Assembly: GCF_036919895.1 (NCBI RefSeq)
Contig: NZ_JBALBW010000007.1
Location: 39,435-103,434, forward strand
DNA length: 64,000 nucleotides
From: Nostoc sp.
Lineage (GTDB): Bacteria; Cyanobacteriota; Cyanobacteriia; Cyanobacteriales; Nostocaceae
Reading direction: 5' to 3'
The position numbers were made by a program, and so were the translations under genes. Under the pieces are notes generated by a model. It saw only the letters and a program-made list of their open reading frames with translations, was not told the DNA's origin and searched no databases. Shown here in pieces: positions 59,344 through 64,000 of the stretch. Position 1 is the stretch's first letter, and every line of letters starts with the position of its first letter.

Positions 59344-59865
59344 CGTATTTTCTCACTTAAACTCAATTAAATGCCCATTTAGAAAATGGCTTTAATTATC
59401 AGCTTAATCATCACTTATAAAAGCTGACACTTTCCTAGGTAATAGTTTTTTTTGCCAAAAGTTGTATTTTCAAATAATAAATGCTTTATTTTTTTGTAAT
59501 TTTTTTGAATTCTAAAAAAGAAGTATTTTTAGATAAAAATAATTTCTACAAGCTTATTGATTGCATCTATGTACACAGCAGGTTAGAAATAGATGATTAA
59601 CGGTGCTGAACGGTAGAAAATAATCCCTTTTGTATCAATCTTTAGCAAAAATATTTAAACCTACAATGATTGATATCTAAACTTTTAGAAAAAATATTTT
59701 ATGTTTGAGATTTCTTTACTCATTTAGATAAAAACACCTACGTCTAATGATAGAGACAAAAATTCTTCCAAGCGATTGATGAAACCTAAACACAAACATG
59801 CATTAATAAGGGTATTACAAGCTATAAATTTGTGAATAATTGATTTTTGCTGAGGAGAAAAGATA

Positions 59866-61143
59866 ATGGTTGTAGGTGTACATAAACGTGGTGTAGGTGT
59901 ATTTTCTAATCGTCGAGATGTGGAACACGCGCTACATGAATTAAAAAAAGTCGGCTTTGACATGAACAGAGTCTCTGTCATTACGCAAGATGGAGACAAA
60001 GATGATATTGCTGGAGCCGAAGTGCGCGATCGCGTCGGCGATAAATCTGACGATGGCGCTAAACTCGGAGCAGCCACAGGTGGCGCTTTGGGCGGATTAA
60101 CTGGTTTATTAGTCGGTCTTGGAACTTTGGCAATTCCTGGAATTGGGCCAATTATGCTGGCTGGAGCCGCAGCAACTACCCTAGCTACAACTCTCGCTGG
60201 CGCTGGTATTGGTGCAGTAGCAGGTAGTTTGCTCGGTGCATTAATTGGTTTAGGAATTCCTGAAGAACGAGCCAGAGTTTACGACGAACGTGTGAGACGA
60301 GGACACTATTTAGTTATCCTCGATGGCACAGATACAGAAATTGCTAGAGCAGAAGCAATTCTCCATCAGCAGGGTGTCGAAGAGTTTGGTATTTATGACA
60401 ACCCAGATGCTCGAAATGCTGATTATGTTGCTCCAACCCCTAATGTTAATGTGGCTCATAGTGGTGTTGCTAAACGCGCGATTGGAGTATTTTCTCATCG
60501 CCGAGATGCGGAAACAGCACTTACAGAATTACGAGATGCAGGTTTTCCTTTAAGTAGAGTCTCCATCATCGCCAAAGATGCAAACGGTCAGGGAATCGCT
60601 GGTGTAGATGTAGATAGAAACGTTGGTACAGGTAATAAAGCAGACGATGGTGCAAAAGCTGGAGCAGCTACAGGCGGAGTCGTAGGCGGCTTGACCGGCT
60701 TATTAGTTGGTCTGGGGACTTTGGCAATTCCGGGAATCGGGCCTGTGATTGCTGGTGGCGCAGTCGCAACAGCTTTGGCGACAACCTTAGCTGGTGGTGC
60801 GATCGGTGCAGCCGCTGGAAGTATTGTTGGCGCACTTGTTGGCTTAGGGATTCCTGAAGATAGAGCGCAAGTTTATAGCGATCGCTTCCAAAAAGGCGAC
60901 TACTTGGTAATTATCGATGGTACGGAAGCTGAAATCCACCAAGCTGAAAAGATTCTCAAACATCGGGGGATTGAGGAGTTTGCGATCTATGATGCCACTG
61001 AAATTAGCGAACATCGCCCAGGTTTAGACCGAGTAACGCATCACGACACACCAGCCGTTAATAGCGGTACTAGTTACTCAACACAGACTGATAGAGACGA
61101 TCCTTCAGTAGTCATTGTTGATCGTCGCGACGAAGTGCTTTAA
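59866..61143 (+). CDS. General stress protein (YflT/Gsp17M-like) with duplicated glycine-zipper domain
   Basis: Two ~170-aa units GVFSxRRD..GGLTGLLVGLGTLAIPGIGP..GLGIPE..Y..GxYLV. Confidence 0.85.
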   Translation: MVVGVHKRGVGVFSNRRDVEHALHELKKVGFDMNRVSVITQDGDKDDIAGAEVRDRVGDKSDDGAKLGAATGGALGGLTGLLVGLGTLAIPGIGPIMLAGAAATTLATTLAGAGIGAVAGSLLGALIGLGIPEERARVYDERVRRGHYLVILDGTDTEIARAEAILHQQGVEEFGIYDNPDARNADYVAPTPNVNVAHSGVAKRAIGVFSHRRDAETALTELRDAGFPLSRVSIIAKDANGQGIAGVDVDRNVGTGNKADDGAKAGAATGGVVGGLTGLLVGLGTLAIPGIGPVIAGGAVATALATTLAGGAIGAAAGSIVGALVGLGIPEDRAQVYSDRFQKGDYLVIIDGTEAEIHQAEKILKHRGIEEFAIYDATEISEHRPGLDRVTHHDTPAVNSGTSYSTQTDRDDPSVVIVDRRDEVL

Positions 61144-61278
61144 TTCTAAGTAGCTGTCACTCATTCCCCAGGATTGCAGGAGCAATAATTTTAAAACTTT
61201 GCTCCTGACTTAAAAGACTTGCTCCTCCCTTTAGCCGTAAATATCAGCAAATTTCACTTTCGATTGCGAATTTAACCT

Positions 61279-61740
61279 ATGCAAAAGCTTACCCCCTTCT
61301 TAATTAGCGCTCTTTTAGTTTTTGGTGTTGCTGCTTGTGATAACGCTTCTAAAACTAGTGAATCTGCACCCAATAATCCTAATGAGGCTCCCCAAACACC
61401 AACTGCAAAAATAACACAAGCTTCTCAACAAGACGCGCAAAGTGAAGTTCGCAGAAAACAACTTGATGCTGATATTCGCGCCCGCGAACAGCGCAATGAT
61501 GTAACTGGTGGCGATGCACAACGAGCCAAAGGAGACTTATCAAGTGAAGTTCGCTCCAAATTAGAAGCTAACATCCCCAAGGGCCAACTAACAGTTAAAG
61601 CTTCAGGTGATGGGGTTGTTACTGTCGCGGGAACTGTGAGCAATCAGCAGGAGTTGGCTAAAATTGAACCTTTATCTAAGCAAATCAAAGGTGTCAAAAG
61701 TGTAGTTGTTAAAGCAACTGTTGCGCCACCAAAAAACTAA
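61279..61740 (+). CDS. BON-domain lipoprotein
   Basis: Lipobox GVAAC; C-terminal BON (VRSKL..GVVTVAGTV..IKGVKSV). Confidence 0.88.
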   Translation: MQKLTPFLISALLVFGVAACDNASKTSESAPNNPNEAPQTPTAKITQASQQDAQSEVRRKQLDADIRAREQRNDVTGGDAQRAKGDLSSEVRSKLEANIPKGQLTVKASGDGVVTVAGTVSNQQELAKIEPLSKQIKGVKSVVVKATVAPPKN

Positions 61741-61810
61741 GGCAACTAACGAATAAATCCAATTGAGTAGGTAGACGAAAATAAATTTAAATGCTCCTGC
61801 TCAGTCTTAT

Positions 61811-61955
61811 AGGACTCCTATTTGATTTTTGAACAAAATTAGGAATGTAGGGTGTGTTAGAACGAAGTTCGTAACGCACCATTATCAAGGGTTTGGTGCG
61901 TTACGCTGTCGCTAACACAACCTACGTATCTTTTCAGAAATCAAACCGGATTCCT
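61811..61955. mobile_element. 145-bp MITE-like element enclosing a REP pair
   Basis: aggactcctatttgatttttgaa / ttcagaaatcaaaccggattcct TIRs (4 mismatches in 23); inside gtagggtgtgttag..gtaacgcacc and ggtgcgttac..ctaacacaacctac. Confidence 0.7.
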
Positions 61956-62079
61956 TCCTTTGGTAGTTATTTATACTGATCACTTGCTGACTACTAAGAA
62001 TTGAAAACTGACGATTTTAATAATTATATTTATTGATGCTCAGTCCCGTTACACAAACTATTGTACCGCGAATAAAACT

Positions 62080-62511
62080 ATGGAAACTGGACAACACCAA
62101 CGTGAATCCATCAACACCTCATTATCACAAGCTACGCTAGCAATTGAAGGTGTTGATACTGAAAACTTACCAAAATTACCACCAGCTACTGAACCTGAAT
62201 CTCAATGGCAGCAAATTGGTAGACAGATTTCTCACTTTTTAGAGCAATTACCCGAATATTTAAGTAGCTTTTTTAAGGAATATAAACAGCCTCTAATAAC
62301 TTTTGCTTTGATTTGGGCAGCAGTTGTTACAGCCAAAATAGTATTAACACTATTAGATGCAATCAATGATATTCCACTACTATCACGGCTATTTGAATTA
62401 GTTGGAATTGGTTACACTAGTTGGTTTATTTTCCGTTATCTACTCAAGGTTTCAACTCGGCAGCAATTAGTCGATGAAATTCAACTTCTAAAAAACCAAT
62501 TTTTTGGCTAA
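62080..62511 (+). CDS. CAAD-domain (CURT1-like) protein
   Basis: LDAINDIPLLSRLFELVGIGYTSWFIFRYLL..RQQL. Confidence 0.9.
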   Translation: METGQHQRESINTSLSQATLAIEGVDTENLPKLPPATEPESQWQQIGRQISHFLEQLPEYLSSFFKEYKQPLITFALIWAAVVTAKIVLTLLDAINDIPLLSRLFELVGIGYTSWFIFRYLLKVSTRQQLVDEIQLLKNQFFG

Positions 62512-62758
62512 TAAATTTCCAACCATTAAGCTTATAAGTATGGTGGAAGTTTGCTTAACCTTGATAAGGGGCTTAAGGCTCTTGTTTTAAGCTCCTTTCC
62601 TAATGATTGGTAACTATCAGTATTTATATCCAAAGAGAGAGAAGATAGCGTTATACTTAACCTTAAAATCACTTCTAAAGATAGTAGATTTGAGATAGAA
62701 AACAGCCTAATCTAGGTTTTGAAGTTATTCAATAGATTTTTTAACGAGGACATAAATT

Positions 62759-63166
62759 ATGGCTAATGAAGCAGTTAAGAGAGATATAGATTCATCCGAT
62801 AGAGCCGAATCAAATACATACGATCGCGGCATTATCCCAGCTGAGACTGCTGCTCGAATGGAAAGAGAAGGAGATAAGTACAAAACACTCCCCACAGAAG
62901 AAGGGGAAGCAGATGCACTTACTGACGATCAAACCGATTCAGAAAGTATCCGCACCACTGACGGCTATACTGTGGACAAAGAAGGTTTGTCTAATAATTA
63001 TGCAATTGAACCGGAAATGTACTACGAAGAACCGGGTGATGCACGCAAACAAGCAGCAGAGGAAAAGGCAGCACGTATTGAAGAACTCGGAGAAGTTAAT
63101 CAAGACGAAGAAGGTAAGTTAACCGACAAGGGTGACAAACGCGGTAAAGGCCCAGGAGTAATTTAA
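62759..63166 (+). CDS. Acidic, hydrophilic hypothetical protein
   Basis: 135 aa, YDRGIIPAETAAR, GYTVDKEGLSNNYAIEPEMY; GAGG RBS. Confidence 0.8.
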   Translation: MANEAVKRDIDSSDRAESNTYDRGIIPAETAARMEREGDKYKTLPTEEGEADALTDDQTDSESIRTTDGYTVDKEGLSNNYAIEPEMYYEEPGDARKQAAEEKAARIEELGEVNQDEEGKLTDKGDKRGKGPGVI

Positions 63167-63230
63167 TTAACACTAATCCTTTTTACTAGGTGCAATCACA
63201 CGTAATTAGGCGAAATAAATAGGCATTTAT

Positions 63231-63257
63231 GTAGAGACGCAATCATTGCGTCTCTAC
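63231..63257. repeat. REP-like palindrome, third copy
   Basis: gtagagacgcaatcattgcgtctctac. Confidence 0.8.
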
Positions 63258-63289
63258 TTTTATGGGCTAATATTTCCAGAGGTTTAACA

Positions 63290-64000
63290 CTAAATAATCA
63301 ACGGTTCGAGTTCACTATTATGCCATTGTCGCTGATGCCATTCGGCAACCAAAGGACGGACAATAAACTTAGGCTGTCCATCACCTTTAACATCAATACG
63401 TAAACCTGAATAAGGTCGTCGCTTTTGAGAACCTTGACCGTTGCGACCAATGAAGAGATGCGATCGCGCCACTAATCTATTTTCTTCCATCAAATCTGCT
63501 CCCTCAATCCGTTGGCGGCGCAAACTAAACCCGCTTCCACCACAAACAAGCCAGTGGATATGAGCATCAGCGTGTCCTGTATCCATTGTCTCAAGGTGTT
63601 CCAAGCAGTGGGCGTGACCGTTTAATACCAAATCTACCAAAGGACGGCCCTGATTTAAGGAACCTATTTCTTTAGCTACTGCATCCAACACACCACGGAA
63701 GCGATCGCGAACGATCAAAGTTTGCGCTTGTTCCCACTTTGTCGCTTCAGTTACATAAGGTGGATGATGGAAATAAATCACTCTTCCCCGAACTTCTGAA
63801 TTATTCCAAGATTCAATTAATCTTTGCTTGAGCCAGTCTAATTGTTCAATATCAGTCTGCGTTGTTTTGTCGGTGGCTAATTGCTTCTTGATATCAACAA
63901 TAATTTCTTCTATTTGCGATAGCTTGGCGTGGAAGTCGTCTAATTGGTCGGCTTCAATGGGGTTTTCAGGACGAAGCTTGGCTGAAGTTTCAATGATTTG
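63290..64000 (-). CDS. Calcineurin-like metallophosphoesterase, C-terminal part (frame open to the window edge)
   Basis: EQLDWLKQRL, FHHPPY, VLNGHAHCLE, VCGGSG motifs. Confidence 0.88.
   Translation of the reverse strand, partial: QIIETSAKLRPENPIEADQLDDFHAKLSQIEEIIVDIKKQLATDKTTQTDIEQLDWLKQRLIESWNNSEVRGRVIYFHHPPYVTEATKWEQAQTLIVRDRFRGVLDAVAKEIGSLNQGRPLVDLVLNGHAHCLEHLETMDTGHADAHIHWLVCGGSGFSLRRQRIEGADLMEENRLVARSHLFIGRNGQGSQKRRPYSGLRIDVKGDGQPKFIVRPLVAEWHQRQWHNSELEPLII

Noticed and set aside
1-64000. tRNA, rRNA, prophage or intact transposase genes
   Set aside because: No cloverleaf, rRNA-like or phage structural sequence recognised; only relics of mobile elements

Overview
64 kb of chromosome from a heterocyst-forming cyanobacterium (Nostoc-like: dozens of HIP1 GCGATCGC octamers, STRR heptamer arrays, small dispersed repeats). 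The backbone is housekeeping: uvrB, era, a basic amino acid decarboxylase, an ABC exporter, a peroxiredoxin, cobQ, zds, iscA, a TIGR01777 oxidoreductase, a Cu-type P1B ATPase, sufR/sufBCDS with two CAAC-N6-GTTG boxes, and a stress-protein cluster at the right end. Four accessory patches interrupt it. (1) 5.7-10.5 kb: an NLR-like CHAT protease-STAND NTPase-TPR gene whose six 120-bp repeats vary at fixed codons, followed by a 21-bp tandem array, a toxin-antitoxin scar and a small hydrophobic-hairpin protein. (2) 25.5-26.5 kb: orphan higA and hicB. (3) 34.5-37.6 kb: a decayed integrative element with an intact DUF1778-GNAT TA pair. (4) 45.6-48.2 kb: a ParB/Srx-HTH-restriction-endonuclease-like fusion with no methyltransferase, among Uma2 genes and an orphan antitoxin. 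The best candidates for an undescribed system are the ParB-nuclease fusion and the CHAT-STAND-TPR locus. Several features are absent from the ORF track: a frameshifted pfkA relic, a TnpB C-terminus/IS605 right-end relic 25 nt upstream of thyD, Uma2 relics altered at HIP1 sites, a CopG-type gene, heptamer repeats translated in frame inside the Cu-ATPase, and several MITE/REP-like elements. All family assignments come from motif recognition by eye; no searches were run.
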